This document shows, piece after piece, positions 38,356 to 49,114 of a DNA stretch of 64,000 bases (its first letter is position 1; each line of letters begins with the position of its first letter). The position numbers and the translations under genes were made by a program. This stretch comes from Candidatus Bathyarchaeia archaeon. Its GTDB lineage: Archaea; Thermoproteota; Bathyarchaeia; 40CM-2-53-6. A model generated the notes under the pieces. It was given only the letters and a program-made list of their open reading frames with translations. It was not told the DNA's origin and searched no databases. The stretch covers positions 110,147-174,146 of the forward strand of contig JBEKSC010000002.1 of assembly GCA_049517415.1 (NCBI GenBank), in the 5' to 3' direction.

Positions 38356-38718
38356 TCATCTTAACCGTGGGATGTGGACTTCAAGGACGCCCCGTTTGAA
38401 CCTCGTGGTAATTCTTTTCTCGTCAACGGAGACGGGCATGCGAATTCTGGCACGATAACATGTGAATTCCCCATGCCTGTGCTTGGCGCCGAGGTCCCTG
38501 AACGTGATCTTCTTGTTGGTCTCCGCATAAACTTCTAAGGAATCATCCGTCGGGCAGTGCAGCTTAACCTGTTTGTGGTCCACGTATGGTAAATCGACGG
38601 TTAGAACGACCTCGTTGGCCGCCACGTACAGATTGTATAGAGGTTGGATGCATGCGGTGGCAGCGTTCCATCCTGACCCATGGGTGGAGAATTCGCCTTT
38701 CGGTTCAGAACTCATCAT
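38356..38718 (-). CDS. Hsp20/alpha-crystallin family protein
   Basis: VDLPYVD...FKRGVLEVHIP. Confidence 0.8.
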   Translation of the reverse strand: MMSSEPKGEFSTHGSGWNAATACIQPLYNLYVAANEVVLTVDLPYVDHKQVKLHCPTDDSLEVYAETNKKITFRDLGAKHRHGEFTCYRARIRMPVSVDEKRITTRFKRGVLEVHIPRLR

Positions 38719-38721
38719 GAT

Positions 38722-39483
38722 TCACCCGTACATTGGCGGGAGATCGTATTCATGAGACTTGTCCATTTTGAGCATCTCTTCGTGGGTACGGTGCATCATA
38801 TCCTTACTTTTCAAGCGTATTTCTTCCCCTCTCTTCAGAAGGTCGGAAACGTCAACATTCAGACCGAGTATCTTGTTGACCGCGTTTATCGCAACCGCGG
38901 CTGCTTCAGGGTCGGGGTAGTTGTAGTAGGATTGGGTTAGCAGCGTGATTGCGGGAACGGATGCTTCAGCACATTTTTGGAGGATTAGCCCGTAAACGCC
39001 AACTATGTAACCTTCCTCTAAGACTTCAGCCGCCCCGCGAAGCCTCGACTCCAACTCCTTACTTGAAAGCGCGGCAAACACTTTTGGAGCATCTATGTCC
39101 TGGCGGTTCGCAACAGCCATTCCACCCAAGGAGAGCATCAGCTTAGTGCTCTTTGTTCGAGCCCAGTCAACGATATCAGCCGCAAGTGGCCTGATGAGGC
39201 GGACTGGGATCGTTGTCTCAGAGATTAGGACAACCAAAGAGTTGTCTGCGAATATGCGGATAGGTGCTTTCGGAAGGCCGCCGTGCAGAACGATCATTGG
39301 TGGAAGAAGGTCAGACTCGATAGCGCCCACCTCCTTTAACTTCAATTCACTAATGATATGAGAAGCCGCCAGCAACCCGACAAGCCCTACATCGGGAAGG
39401 CCGTTCACAATGACCGCCCCCTTAGGAATCGAAGCGGATTCCAAAATGCGCAAACCGTCTTTCCCAGATAGGCTATTGGACAT
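38722..39483 (-). CDS. proteasome assembly chaperone (PAC2) family protein
   Basis: GLPDVGLVG, PIRIF, YPDPEAAA, C-terminal MYG. Confidence 0.88.
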   Translation of the reverse strand: MSNSLSGKDGLRILESASIPKGAVIVNGLPDVGLVGLLAASHIISELKLKEVGAIESDLLPPMIVLHGGLPKAPIRIFADNSLVVLISETTIPVRLIRPLAADIVDWARTKSTKLMLSLGGMAVANRQDIDAPKVFAALSSKELESRLRGAAEVLEEGYIVGVYGLILQKCAEASVPAITLLTQSYYNYPDPEAAAVAINAVNKILGLNVDVSDLLKRGEEIRLKSKDMMHRTHEEMLKMDKSHEYDLPPMYG

Positions 39484-39612
39484 CTCAAGACCCTTTTATG
39501 AAAACTGTGAGCTGAAGCCAGAGCAAGATTAGGGAGTAATTAAACGGTTCGCAGAAGTTACAAGAACTTTTAGGATGCATCAACCAACGCATCAACCGCA
39601 TCGTGAAAATGC

Positions 39613-40953
39613 ATGAGTGCACTCGAAGGCCTAGGCAAATCGCTTAGCGACGCAATGAAGAAACTACTGCGAATGGCGGTTGTTGACGAAAAAGCAGTCA
39701 AGGAACTTGTCCGCGACCTTCAACGGGCCCTCCTTCAATCTGACGTTAACGTTAACCTGGTTATGCAGATCTCTCAAGCCGTCGAGAAGCGTTCACTCGA
39801 AGAAAAGCTGCCGCCTGGAATCTCACGCCGCGAACACGTCGTTAAGGTTCTCTATGAGGAACTGACCCGATTCCTCGGCGAGGAACCGAGCAAACTCACT
39901 GTCGAACCCGGCAAAACCCAAGTTATCATGCTCGTTGGAATTCAGGGTACCGGGAAAACAACAGCCGCAGTGAAACTTTCACGCTTCTATCAAAAACGCG
40001 GTCTGCGCCCCGCGATAATCTGCGCCGACACCTACCGGCCAGGCGCCTTCGACCAGTTGAAGCAACTTGCTGACAAAGTTACCGTACCCGTTTACGGTGA
40101 ACCGAATTCTAAGGATACGTTGAAAATAGTGAAAAAGGGCATGGAGCAATTCTCAAACCAAAAGTACGACCTGATCATCGTGGACACGGCAGGGCGTCAC
40201 AAGGATGAAAAAGAACTGATGTCCGAGATGCGTGACCTAGCCAAACAGATTCAGCCCAACGAAATAATCCTCGCGATTGACGGCTCAATCGGCCAAGCTG
40301 CAATGTCCCAGGCGGCCGCCTTCAATGAGAGCACAAAGATCGGCTCGATTCTAGTAACAAAACTTGACGGGACGGCCAAAGGAGGAGGCGCACTCTCAGC
40401 CGTTGCCGCAACCCACGCCAAAATCAAATTTGTTGGAACGGGAGAAAAAATCGATGACATTGAGCAGTTCATCCCATCGAGTTTTGTGGGACGCCTCCTC
40501 GGAATGGGCGACATCAAAGCATTGGTCGACAGGGTTCGTGAAGCAGAAATCGTCGTACCGCCGAAGAAAGCAAGGGCCTTCCTGGAGGGCAAGTTCACGT
40601 TGAAGGACATGTACGAGCAAATGGTCGCAGTTCGAAAAATGGGCCCCCTGAAGAAACTGGTTGGCATGATGCCTGGCGGAATGAACATACCCGACGACGC
40701 TATGGAGAACGCTGAGAAGAAACTCGACGCTTGGCGGGTCATCATCCAATCTATGACGAAGGGTGAGATTGAGGACCCGAAACTCGTCGATTCCTCACGG
40801 GCGAGGAGAATCGCACATGGCTCAGGTACATCCGACAAGGACGTGAAAGAAATGGTGAATCAATACTTCATGATGAGGAAGATGATGAAGAGCATGAAGC
40901 GTCGCGGCGGCGCTTTCGGAAGGGGTAAAATGCCATTCCCAACACGGCCCTGA
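39613..40953 (+). CDS. srp54: signal recognition particle protein SRP54
   Basis: GIQGTGKTT, DTYRPGA, DTAGRH, TKLDGTAKGGGALS, Met-rich M domain. Confidence 0.97.
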   Translation: MSALEGLGKSLSDAMKKLLRMAVVDEKAVKELVRDLQRALLQSDVNVNLVMQISQAVEKRSLEEKLPPGISRREHVVKVLYEELTRFLGEEPSKLTVEPGKTQVIMLVGIQGTGKTTAAVKLSRFYQKRGLRPAIICADTYRPGAFDQLKQLADKVTVPVYGEPNSKDTLKIVKKGMEQFSNQKYDLIIVDTAGRHKDEKELMSEMRDLAKQIQPNEIILAIDGSIGQAAMSQAAAFNESTKIGSILVTKLDGTAKGGGALSAVAATHAKIKFVGTGEKIDDIEQFIPSSFVGRLLGMGDIKALVDRVREAEIVVPPKKARAFLEGKFTLKDMYEQMVAVRKMGPLKKLVGMMPGGMNIPDDAMENAEKKLDAWRVIIQSMTKGEIEDPKLVDSSRARRIAHGSGTSDKDVKEMVNQYFMMRKMMKSMKRRGGAFGRGKMPFPTRP

Positions 40954-41026
40954 AGGACGCGGAAAATATTCCAAGAAAGTTAATTAGCGTCCCTTCAGTC
41001 TCCTAGCAAATTTCAGGTCATGTCTC

Positions 41027-41320
41027 ATGGTAAGGCGCTCAAAGGGCTACCGCTCGAGGACGCGGAGCCTACTCCGGAAGAGACCTCGGGAGCGAGGAAA
41101 AATCGGCCTCAGCCGCATCCTCCGTACCTATAGCCCAGGCGAGAAAGTCACCATCATGATTGAACCCTCCGTACACAAGGGCATGCCCCACAGACGCTAT
41201 CATGGAAGGGTTGGAGTAATTCATGCCAGACGCGGAAAGTCATATGTGGTTCATGTCACGATGGGTCGTCAGACGAAACAAATTATCGCCCGACCTGAAC
41301 ACATCACCCCCGTACGTTGA
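41027..41320 (+). CDS. rpl21e: 50S ribosomal protein L21e
   Basis: SKGYRSRTR...HKGMPHRRYHG. Confidence 0.96.
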   Translation: MVRRSKGYRSRTRSLLRKRPRERGKIGLSRILRTYSPGEKVTIMIEPSVHKGMPHRRYHGRVGVIHARRGKSYVVHVTMGRQTKQIIARPEHITPVR

Positions 41321-41665
41321 GTGAACCATTTGCCTAGGAAAATCATCGATTCTAAGCCCGCCACTACCTCCGAAGCAAAAAGAACCCTGGAACGCGCGAA
41401 GGAAGATGAGCTAGGAGAATTTCAGAGGCGCACACTTGACTACGCATCCAAGTTCGCCAGGATCTCACCCGCTAAAGCCGAGAAGCTTGTAAAGGAATTG
41501 GGAGAGAAGCATCAACTCGAGCGGAAGGATGCAATTCAGATTGCCAACACAATGCCAAGGTATACCGAAGAATTACGAACCATTCTTACGGTCAAAGGGC
41601 GAATAATCACGGGTACCCAATTGGAAGACATTCTGAAACTTCTCAACAGCTATCGAGAAGATTAG
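41321..41665 (+). CDS. rpo4: RNA polymerase subunit Rpo4 (F)
   Basis: QRRTLDYASKF...IANTMP..EELRTIL; conserved position after L21e. Confidence 0.9.
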   Translation: MNHLPRKIIDSKPATTSEAKRTLERAKEDELGEFQRRTLDYASKFARISPAKAEKLVKELGEKHQLERKDAIQIANTMPRYTEELRTILTVKGRIITGTQLEDILKLLNSYRED

Positions 41666-41867
41666 CCCACAACTAATTCTCGCTCTTAATTCCGGCGCAT
41701 AAGGCAGGAAAACCTTTTTTCCCTCCGAACCCACACGTCCTAGTGGATATGCTGAACGTTGCCTGATTCCGGCGATTCCACATTTACCGTGATTGAAAAG
41801 GCACAGAGGCCAAACACCTACTTCCTTTAACGCGAAATCTTGTGCACCTACTTCTGGTGGAACAAAG

Positions 41868-42524
41868 ATGAGTGTGAATACAAAGAGTCCAGATGAGAAT
41901 CGGGGCACCAGTTCGACTCACTCAGGGTTTAGGCCAACTACTGGAGGCGGTGGGGAGGGTGGCGTTCCACCGCGGCTTTACGAGGAGTACGCATACGTGC
42001 TGGATTTCTTGCAATTCGGCCGGCCTGGAACGGACAAGCCTAGGCACCTTGCCCTTCCAACGGTGCAGGTTATCGGTGAAACATACTTCACGCTTCTCGA
42101 GGCCGAAATCCGTGTAGGAACACAGGCAAACATTCACGAGCGCGTTTACATTGGAAAAGAGCGGCGAGAGAAAATTAACCGTATCATCGGAAGAATCAGC
42201 TACAACGACCTCACTGCGAATGCGAAGGCGGAGTTGCTTCCGGTGCTAGAAGACCTGATCGCTAACCAAGAGCAAAGGTTCGTTTCCTTTTTCAATAATT
42301 CCCAAGCCATAACACCACGCATGCATGCACTGGAGCTGCTCCCGGGAATCGGAAAAAAATCGATGTGGCAAATAATAAACGCCAGGGAGAAAAACCCCTT
42401 CACCAGCTTCAAGGACGTTCAGGAGCGAACGAACGTAGGGGACCCCGTCAAGGTCGTCGCTAAACGAGTCTTGGACGAATTGGGCGGGGAAGAAAAGTAC
42501 CGGGTTTTCTCGAGAGCGCTTTAG
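41868..42524 (+). CDS. DUF655 putative RNA-binding protein
   Basis: EEYAYVLDFL, FTLLE, RMHALELLPGIGKK. Confidence 0.9.
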   Translation: MSVNTKSPDENRGTSSTHSGFRPTTGGGGEGGVPPRLYEEYAYVLDFLQFGRPGTDKPRHLALPTVQVIGETYFTLLEAEIRVGTQANIHERVYIGKERREKINRIIGRISYNDLTANAKAELLPVLEDLIANQEQRFVSFFNNSQAITPRMHALELLPGIGKKSMWQIINAREKNPFTSFKDVQERTNVGDPVKVVAKRVLDELGGEEKYRVFSRAL

Positions 42525-42556
42525 ATACGACGTATGAATACTCCGAGAGAGCTGGT

Positions 42557-43657
42557 TTGCCCAACCGGGTAATCATGCACGTAGACCTCGACTACTTCTA
42601 CGCCCAGTGTGAAGAGAACAAAAACCCAGATGTACGGGGAAAACCCGTCGTGGTTTGCGTTTACTCCGGCAGGACCGAGGATAGTGGTGTAGTCAGCACG
42701 TCCAATTACCTTGCCCGGAAATATGGGGTAAAGGCCGGCATACCCATCGCCCGCGCGAAGAAGATTCTTGAATCCTCGGGCGCGATTTTCTTTCCAATGA
42801 ACCGCCCGCTATACGAACAAGTATCCGAGGGGGTAATGGAAATCTTGCGGGAACACGCTGACGCATTTGAAAAAGGGGGAATTGATGAGGCTTACCTAGA
42901 AATTTCAACTAGAACGAACGGCAAATTCGATCAGGCTGAAAACATCGCGAATGAAATTAAGCGGCAGATACTCACTGAAGAACAGATAACTTGTTCAATT
43001 GGAATCGCACCCAACAAACTCGTAGCCAAGATTGCATCCGACGAGAGAAAACCCGATGGACTCACCATGGTGAAGCCGGAAGAAGTCAGCAGTTTCTTGT
43101 CCGAATTGCCAGCCTCGAGGATACCTGGGGTAGGGAAGAAAGTAGAAGATAAACTGAACCAAATGCAAGTCAAGACGATAGCTCAACTTTCTACAATCAG
43201 TCCCCCGATCTTGGTTGAAACCTTCGGGGAAAATTTAGGGGGGTATCTTTTCCAGGCCGCCCGAGGAGAGGACGACGAGCCGGTAAAGGAAAGGGAACAA
43301 CCAACCCAGCTAAGCCGAATCGCTACCTTGAAGCGAAATACTCGAGAGCTACCAGAAATGCTCCCCCTCCTAAGCGAACTCGCAAATGCAACAACCGCCA
43401 AACTGAAAGAAAGAAGTATGATGTGCAAGTCGGTAGCAATCATAGCTATACTAAACGACCTCTCTATTCACACAAAATCGAAAACATTGGAACAACCAAC
43501 CGCAGACGAAAAAACCATTGTGAACGCTGCAGAGGAACTGATGAAGGAATTCTTGGAATCAATGCCCAGTGCTATCGTGCGAAGGACAGGAGTAAAGGTT
43601 TCCACATTGTCGAAGCTAACCGGGCAGACAGATATGTCTAATTTCCTGAAGGTGTAG
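42557..43657 (+). CDS. dinB: Y-family DNA polymerase IV
   Basis: HVDLDYFYAQ, SNYLARKYGV, IDEAY, NKLVAKIASD..KPDG. Confidence 0.95.
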   Translation: MPNRVIMHVDLDYFYAQCEENKNPDVRGKPVVVCVYSGRTEDSGVVSTSNYLARKYGVKAGIPIARAKKILESSGAIFFPMNRPLYEQVSEGVMEILREHADAFEKGGIDEAYLEISTRTNGKFDQAENIANEIKRQILTEEQITCSIGIAPNKLVAKIASDERKPDGLTMVKPEEVSSFLSELPASRIPGVGKKVEDKLNQMQVKTIAQLSTISPPILVETFGENLGGYLFQAARGEDDEPVKEREQPTQLSRIATLKRNTRELPEMLPLLSELANATTAKLKERSMMCKSVAIIAILNDLSIHTKSKTLEQPTADEKTIVNAAEELMKEFLESMPSAIVRRTGVKVSTLSKLTGQTDMSNFLKV

Positions 43658-43702
43658 CTCCAAGGAAAGTCTACTACTCATCGCACCGTTGAGGAATTTG
43701 CC

Positions 43703-44527
43703 GTGGCCTGGGTTCGACGTGAACTTGACTCGATAGGCATCCCTCCGCTCAAGAGGTTCGGACAACATTTTCTAATTGACAAAGAGGTACGCGAGCGCCT
43801 AGTCGAGCTGGCTGAACTAACCCTTAATGATACAGTCCTCGAGGTGGGCCCTGGCCTCGGTTTCTTGACGGTAGCGTTGATAGGGAGAGCAGGACGCACA
43901 ATAGCGATCGAAAAAGATCGGACACTCGCTGCATATCTGAAAGAGAAATTCTCAAAGCAACAGAATTTGACAGTTGTTCAAGCTGACGCGCTAACTGTCC
44001 AGATCCCAGAAGGTTCGAAAGTCGTTTCCAGCCCCCCCTACAACATTTCGTCAAAGCTCATACTTCTAATCATGAACAGTCGATTTCGACTGGCGGCACT
44101 GTTGATGCAAGAGGAATTTGTCCGAAGGTTAACAGCCTCCAGTGGGTCTCGCGAATACGGACGGATCAGTGTGATGCTACAATCCAAGGCCACAGCCAAA
44201 CTTGACATGAAAGTCCCGCGGGACGCATTCTACCCGAAACCTAGAGTTGACTCCGCCCTCGTTACAATTAGGCCTAGCATCGAAAAGCCTCAGGCCCAGA
44301 ATCAGCAGTTATTCATCGACATGGTACGAGCGCTGTTCACCCAGCGCCGCCGAAAACTGAGAGGAGTCTTGGCGAGATATCTGAAAGCCCGATACCCAAC
44401 GCTAAGTGACAAGATAATTCAACAAATACCGCTAATTGACAAGCGAATCTACGAACTCAACCCAAACGAGTTAATCGTATTGTCAAACCAGATCGCTGAG
44501 GCAACCACGGAATCTGGAAGTGAGTGA
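43703..44527 (+). CDS. rsmA: 16S rRNA dimethyladenosine transferase
   Basis: FGQHFLID, EVGPGLG, PPYNISS, YGRISV. Confidence 0.94.
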   Translation: MAWVRRELDSIGIPPLKRFGQHFLIDKEVRERLVELAELTLNDTVLEVGPGLGFLTVALIGRAGRTIAIEKDRTLAAYLKEKFSKQQNLTVVQADALTVQIPEGSKVVSSPPYNISSKLILLIMNSRFRLAALLMQEEFVRRLTASSGSREYGRISVMLQSKATAKLDMKVPRDAFYPKPRVDSALVTIRPSIEKPQAQNQQLFIDMVRALFTQRRRKLRGVLARYLKARYPTLSDKIIQQIPLIDKRIYELNPNELIVLSNQIAEATTESGSE

Positions 44528-45224
44528 ATCGCCGATTAGGGTAATTCTCCTAGAACCCGAAACAGGGGGAAACATTGGCTCCATAGCTCGATCAATGAAG
44601 AACTTCCAACTCAAGGATCTCTGGATAGTGAACCCGCAAACCCCTATCAATGACGAGGCAAGGGCATTTGCAATGGGCGGCCTCGATGTTCTCAAATCGG
44701 CTAACGTCGTCAGCACCTTCAGAAAAGCGCTGAAGGGAGTTAACTTGGTTGTAGGAACCAGTTCTGTGGCTGCAACAAGCACATCCAACCTTTCCAGAGT
44801 ATCAATCAAACCAGCCGAACTCGCTAAGAAAGTTCAGGCAGTCAAAGGGACTATTGCAATCGTCTTCGGAAGAGAGAGCTCCGGATTAAGCAACCGAGAG
44901 GTAGAAGGATGCGACTTCATGGTTACAATACCTGCAAGCCGCGAATACAACGTACTTAACATAGCCACCGCCGCCTCAATCATCTTCTACGAAATCTTTC
45001 ACCAAAGAATAAGAGGACGAAGCTTTGAGTTGGCCTCAAGACCTGTCATGGAAAGGCTCCTCCGGCAATTTGACGGCCTACTGAAACGAAGTAACATGGC
45101 ACCACATAGGCGTAGACTCGCCCATCGAGCATTCCGCAACCTGACCTCACGCGCTTTTGTTTCAAAGCGCGAAGCCTCGCTCCTCCTCGGACTATTTAGG
45201 AAGCTACAAACAGAGCTGACGTAA
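44520..45224 (+). CDS. trmJ: TrmJ-family SPOUT tRNA methyltransferase
   Basis: NIGSIARSMKNF, VFGRESSGLSN.E, LNIATA. Confidence 0.88.
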   Translation: MSESPIRVILLEPETGGNIGSIARSMKNFQLKDLWIVNPQTPINDEARAFAMGGLDVLKSANVVSTFRKALKGVNLVVGTSSVAATSTSNLSRVSIKPAELAKKVQAVKGTIAIVFGRESSGLSNREVEGCDFMVTIPASREYNVLNIATAASIIFYEIFHQRIRGRSFELASRPVMERLLRQFDGLLKRSNMAPHRRRLAHRAFRNLTSRAFVSKREASLLLGLFRKLQTELT

Positions 45225-45254
45225 GCCATCCTGAAGAGCAGGCAGTGTTAGACC

Positions 45255-45836
45255 ATGAGAATTCTAGTTCTCGCTACTCTTTTGATAATTCTTGTCTGCG
45301 TGTCACCAGCTGCAGCCACCGGATCTGGAACTGGCTCGGTAATAGTCCAAATTCAAGGATATGGAACAGTTCAGGGCCAGTTACAGAACGCGCTCATACA
45401 GTCAAACAATAACGTCACGATGTCGATGGTTGTGAACGATCAAATCCAGACCCCTCAGGGCTCCTTCCCCATCCAAGCGACCGGCGACTGGAAAGGAGTT
45501 CTGAACAATTCAACGCTATCGGGAACAATCGATAACGTTCAAGGAAAAATCCAGGTCTGCATAATTCTCTCATGCAACGACGTCGACTTTAACGGCCACG
45601 GGACTTGGACGGGGCAACTTCAAACCACATCGTCTGGAAGTGGAAACTACACTGGAACAATAACTATCACGAACTCTCCGTACCCGCAGATTCAAAAAGG
45701 CCAAACAATTCCCATTTATGGCTCATGGGCCTCGAACTTTGCATCCGCCGTCCCTGAGTTCAATTACTCCATCAGTCTACTGCTTGTAACTCTAACGGCC
45801 GCAATTATCCTGACGCATAGAAGACGAAGAACGTAG
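45255..45836 (+). CDS. secreted surface protein with PEF-CTERM signal
   Basis: Signal peptide; AVPEF + TM + RRRR. Confidence 0.8.
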   Translation: MRILVLATLLIILVCVSPAAATGSGTGSVIVQIQGYGTVQGQLQNALIQSNNNVTMSMVVNDQIQTPQGSFPIQATGDWKGVLNNSTLSGTIDNVQGKIQVCIILSCNDVDFNGHGTWTGQLQTTSSGSGNYTGTITITNSPYPQIQKGQTIPIYGSWASNFASAVPEFNYSISLLLVTLTAAIILTHRRRRT

Positions 45837-45970
45837 GTCTGCCTGCCACGCCAAGATTGCGCGCGAGAGCAGGACATCAGGGACCGAGGTGGTCGAGAGC
45901 TTCGAGATGAGAGCATGTAAGCTTAAGTAACACTCGATGCAATCTCGCTAAACTCCCTAGTGGATTAGAC

Positions 45971-46495
45971 ATGAAGGGTAGAAACTACAGGCAAATCAAA
46001 GGCCAGCCATACACTAGGGGAAAATATATTCACGGCACTCCGCCGCCGAAGATATCGAAGTTCATGATGGGAGACACGAAGGCACATTTCGAATATCGAA
46101 TATCTTTGGTAGCACAAAGCCCAGAACAGATCAGGCATAATGCACTCGAAGCAGCACGCGTTGCAGCAAACAAGGTGTTGTTCGACGCGTTGGGCGAAAC
46201 GGGTTACAAGATTCATCTTCGAGTTTACCCCCACATCATCCTTCGAGAGAACCGAATGATCGCAACCGCAGGCGCCGACAGGCTACAAGAGGGAATGCGA
46301 AGAGCCTTCGGTAAACCGAGCGGAAGAGCCGCTAGGGTGAAGACGGGACAGTCAATCCTCGACCTTTACGTTAACAGCAATGCGATCGACGCTGCGAAGA
46401 AGGCAATGCGGGTCGCGTCTACAAAACTTGCGGTCGCTTGCATTGTGACCCAAGAGACGTTGGCACCGGCTGCCGTCCCTGTCTTGGCAAAATAA
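45971..46495 (+). CDS. rpl10e: 50S ribosomal protein L10e (uL16)
   Basis: QIRHNALEAAR, GADRLQEGMRRAFGKP. Confidence 0.96.
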   Translation: MKGRNYRQIKGQPYTRGKYIHGTPPPKISKFMMGDTKAHFEYRISLVAQSPEQIRHNALEAARVAANKVLFDALGETGYKIHLRVYPHIILRENRMIATAGADRLQEGMRRAFGKPSGRAARVKTGQSILDLYVNSNAIDAAKKAMRVASTKLAVACIVTQETLAPAAVPVLAK

Positions 46496-46512
46496 GACGT
46501 TTTTTGCGATCC

Positions 46513-47244
46513 TTACTTTTGGCCACAGACTAACGCGACCACACCTAAGGGCATCTTTCCAGAAAGTGTACGCTGAAACCCGGCACCGAGAAGTGCCTCC
46601 GAGGTTTCATTCGCCGTTGAGGATTTCAATATCGTATTTGCAAGATAGATGAGGGTACGCTTCCAATAGCCAGAAACAAGGCCACCAATAGCTGGAAGGA
46701 CGTGAAAGATGTGGAAGTTGTAGAGCCGCCACACGAAAAGCCCTTCTGGCCTAACGAAGTCGACTGAGAGAAACCAACCAGAGTGAATTAAGACTCTCAG
46801 CGAGTCCCGGAACATGGCCGGTTTATCAGCAAAATTACGCAACGCCAAACCGATTGTTACATACCCGAAAGTTGCGTCGCGTAATGGAGGATATTCTCCT
46901 ACGGCCCTTACAAAATCGACCTTACATTCACCCTGAAACATGTGCTTTTTCCGGTTCGCTATGCTCAGCATCGCAGGGCTCAGATCTAGACCAACAATCA
47001 AACCACCATCCCTAATCGTACGACTTAGCTCGAAAGTGACAGGCCCTGTCCCGCAGGCTAAATCCAACACCATAACCTCTCCAGAGAAATCCATCTTTGC
47101 GAACATGCGCCTCCTCCAAACCCAGTCGAATGAAAGAGTCATCAGGTGCAGCAGGACGTCGTACTCTTTCTCAACGTCCGTGAAGATAGCCCTGACGAAT
47201 CTTGCTTTGTCAACGAACCTAGTTGGGATTTCCATCTGAGCCAT
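46513..47244 (-). CDS. UbiE/COQ5 family methyltransferase
   Basis: YD....LS...WRR, LDLACGTG, LALRN. Confidence 0.85.
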   Translation of the reverse strand: MAQMEIPTRFVDKARFVRAIFTDVEKEYDVLLHLMTLSFDWVWRRRMFAKMDFSGEVMVLDLACGTGPVTFELSRTIRDGGLIVGLDLSPAMLSIANRKKHMFQGECKVDFVRAVGEYPPLRDATFGYVTIGLALRNFADKPAMFRDSLRVLIHSGWFLSVDFVRPEGLFVWRLYNFHIFHVLPAIGGLVSGYWKRTLIYLANTILKSSTANETSEALLGAGFQRTLSGKMPLGVVALVCGQK

Positions 47245-47314
47245 ATGCTTGGGTGCCTCTCACGCAAAGGAACGGTTAAGTTGCGCAGTCAGCCTGCTAC
47301 ACCGATGTCTGGCC

Positions 47315-48325
47315 ATGTACCAACTAGAAGAAGATAGCATAATAGATGAGATAAGAAGGCGCGGTTCGAAGAGAATTCTCCTCCAAATGCCTGAAGGCCT
47401 GAAACCAACCGGATTTAGACTGGCAAAGTTGCTTGAGAAGGAAACGAAAGCCGAAGTTTTCGTCTCAGGTGACCCTTGTTACGGTGCCTGTGACCTTGCG
47501 TTCTACCCGAAGAAGCACATCGACGCTGACTTACTCGTTCATCTTGGGCACGCGGAGATTCCGGGCGAATTCCCCGACGAGAACGTTTTGTATGTTGAAG
47601 CACGGGCGGACGTGCCAATACTCGAACCAATGATTCAGGCCTTGAAGATGTTAGAGAAGGAGCAAGTGATCGGACTCGCTTCAAACGTTCAGCATATTCA
47701 TCAGATCGATAAGGCCAAAGAAATTCTGGAAGGCCACGGAAAGAAGGTGCTGATTGGTCGCCCATCGGGGTGGCTAAAGTATCCGGGGCAGGTTCTCGGA
47801 TGTGACTACGGTAGCGTAAGGGCAATTGCTGAGAAAATTGACGCCATCATTATTTTGAGCGGAGGAGATTTCCACGCCCTCGGAATTCCGTTGGCAACAG
47901 GCAAACGGACCATCGTCGTCGACCCATTTCAACAAACAGCGAAAGACATGACCGAAGTGTGTCGAAAACTCCTCCGCAAGAGGTGGATCAATATTGAAAA
48001 ATTCAAACAAGCCAAGAGGATCGGAATCATTGTTGGCCTAAAGAGTAGTCAAATGAATATTTCTCTTGCGCGTCGGCTCAAGGAGCTCTTGGAAGATAGG
48101 CAGTATTCAAGTATCTTAATTTGCGCAACCGAGGTGATTCCTGAGACCCTAGGCTCCTTCACAGACTTAGACGCCTACGTCGAAATCTCATGCCCACGAA
48201 TAAGCACCGACGACCAAGAACGTTATCGCAAACCCATCCTTAACCCGGAAGAGGTCATGATAGCATTAGGGAAGAAGAGCTGGGAAGATTACACAAAAGG
48301 AATGACGTTAGAAGAATGGCATTAG
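47315..48325 (+). CDS. dph2: diphthamide biosynthesis enzyme Dph2
   Basis: LQMPEGLK, CYGACD, GQVLGC, CPRIS. Confidence 0.93.
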   Translation: MYQLEEDSIIDEIRRRGSKRILLQMPEGLKPTGFRLAKLLEKETKAEVFVSGDPCYGACDLAFYPKKHIDADLLVHLGHAEIPGEFPDENVLYVEARADVPILEPMIQALKMLEKEQVIGLASNVQHIHQIDKAKEILEGHGKKVLIGRPSGWLKYPGQVLGCDYGSVRAIAEKIDAIIILSGGDFHALGIPLATGKRTIVVDPFQQTAKDMTEVCRKLLRKRWINIEKFKQAKRIGIIVGLKSSQMNISLARRLKELLEDRQYSSILICATEVIPETLGSFTDLDAYVEISCPRISTDDQERYRKPILNPEEVMIALGKKSWEDYTKGMTLEEWH

Positions 48326-48338
48326 ACCCGACCAAGGG

Positions 48339-48977
48339 TTGAAGGCTCTTATCTTGCACTCCCGACCCGTCCTGATTCGAAAGCGCGACCTAACCATCAA
48401 ACTGCAGCAGGCAATGTCTCACCCCGAACCCCAAGTTGCCCTCGAGCAGTACACTATCCCAGCCGACCTAGCGGCAGACATCCTGTTCGAAGCATGCTAC
48501 GTATACGGGGACATCGAAAATAAATCGGTGGCAGACCTCGGCACAGGAACGGGAAGACTCGCCCTAGGCGCTTCAATCCTCGGTGCGGGATACGTAGTCG
48601 GAATCGACCTAGACCCCACCAGCCTTCGCGTAGCCTCAAGGAACGCCAAACTGCTGGGGATACATCCAGATTGGGTATGCGGTGTCGTAGAAGGCCTAAG
48701 GGGAAGGGTTGATACAGTTCTAATGAACCCGCCATTTGGGACCAAGCAACCGCACGCCGATATTCACTTTCTTCAGACCGCCCTAGCCTTGGGGACAACC
48801 GTCTACAGTATCCACAAATCTTCCACTCGCGAATATCTCACTCGCTGGTTACAGGGACGAGCAAACAAGACCGAAAGAATTCTGAGTACAAAAATGGAAA
48901 TTCCACATCAGTTCTCCTTCCACACAAAGCGAAGCCGCAAAGTCGAAGTCGACGTATTCAGGATTCGGCCGAGTTAG
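48339..48977 (+). CDS. METTL5-family methyltransferase
   Basis: LEQY, DLGTGTGRL, MNPPFG, YSIHK, FHTK. Confidence 0.9.
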   Translation: MKALILHSRPVLIRKRDLTIKLQQAMSHPEPQVALEQYTIPADLAADILFEACYVYGDIENKSVADLGTGTGRLALGASILGAGYVVGIDLDPTSLRVASRNAKLLGIHPDWVCGVVEGLRGRVDTVLMNPPFGTKQPHADIHFLQTALALGTTVYSIHKSSTREYLTRWLQGRANKTERILSTKMEIPHQFSFHTKRSRKVEVDVFRIRPS

Positions 48978-49114
48978 TTCGATTTGCGCCTGCCCTTATA
49001 TACAGGGCTGCAATCTAACGCACACAAATCTGCGCAACTGTTGGAGAAATATCTTTCAGAGTCACTGACTCGGCGAAGAAATCTAGGTCTCGATTACAAC
49101 TCTGGTGGTAAGAA

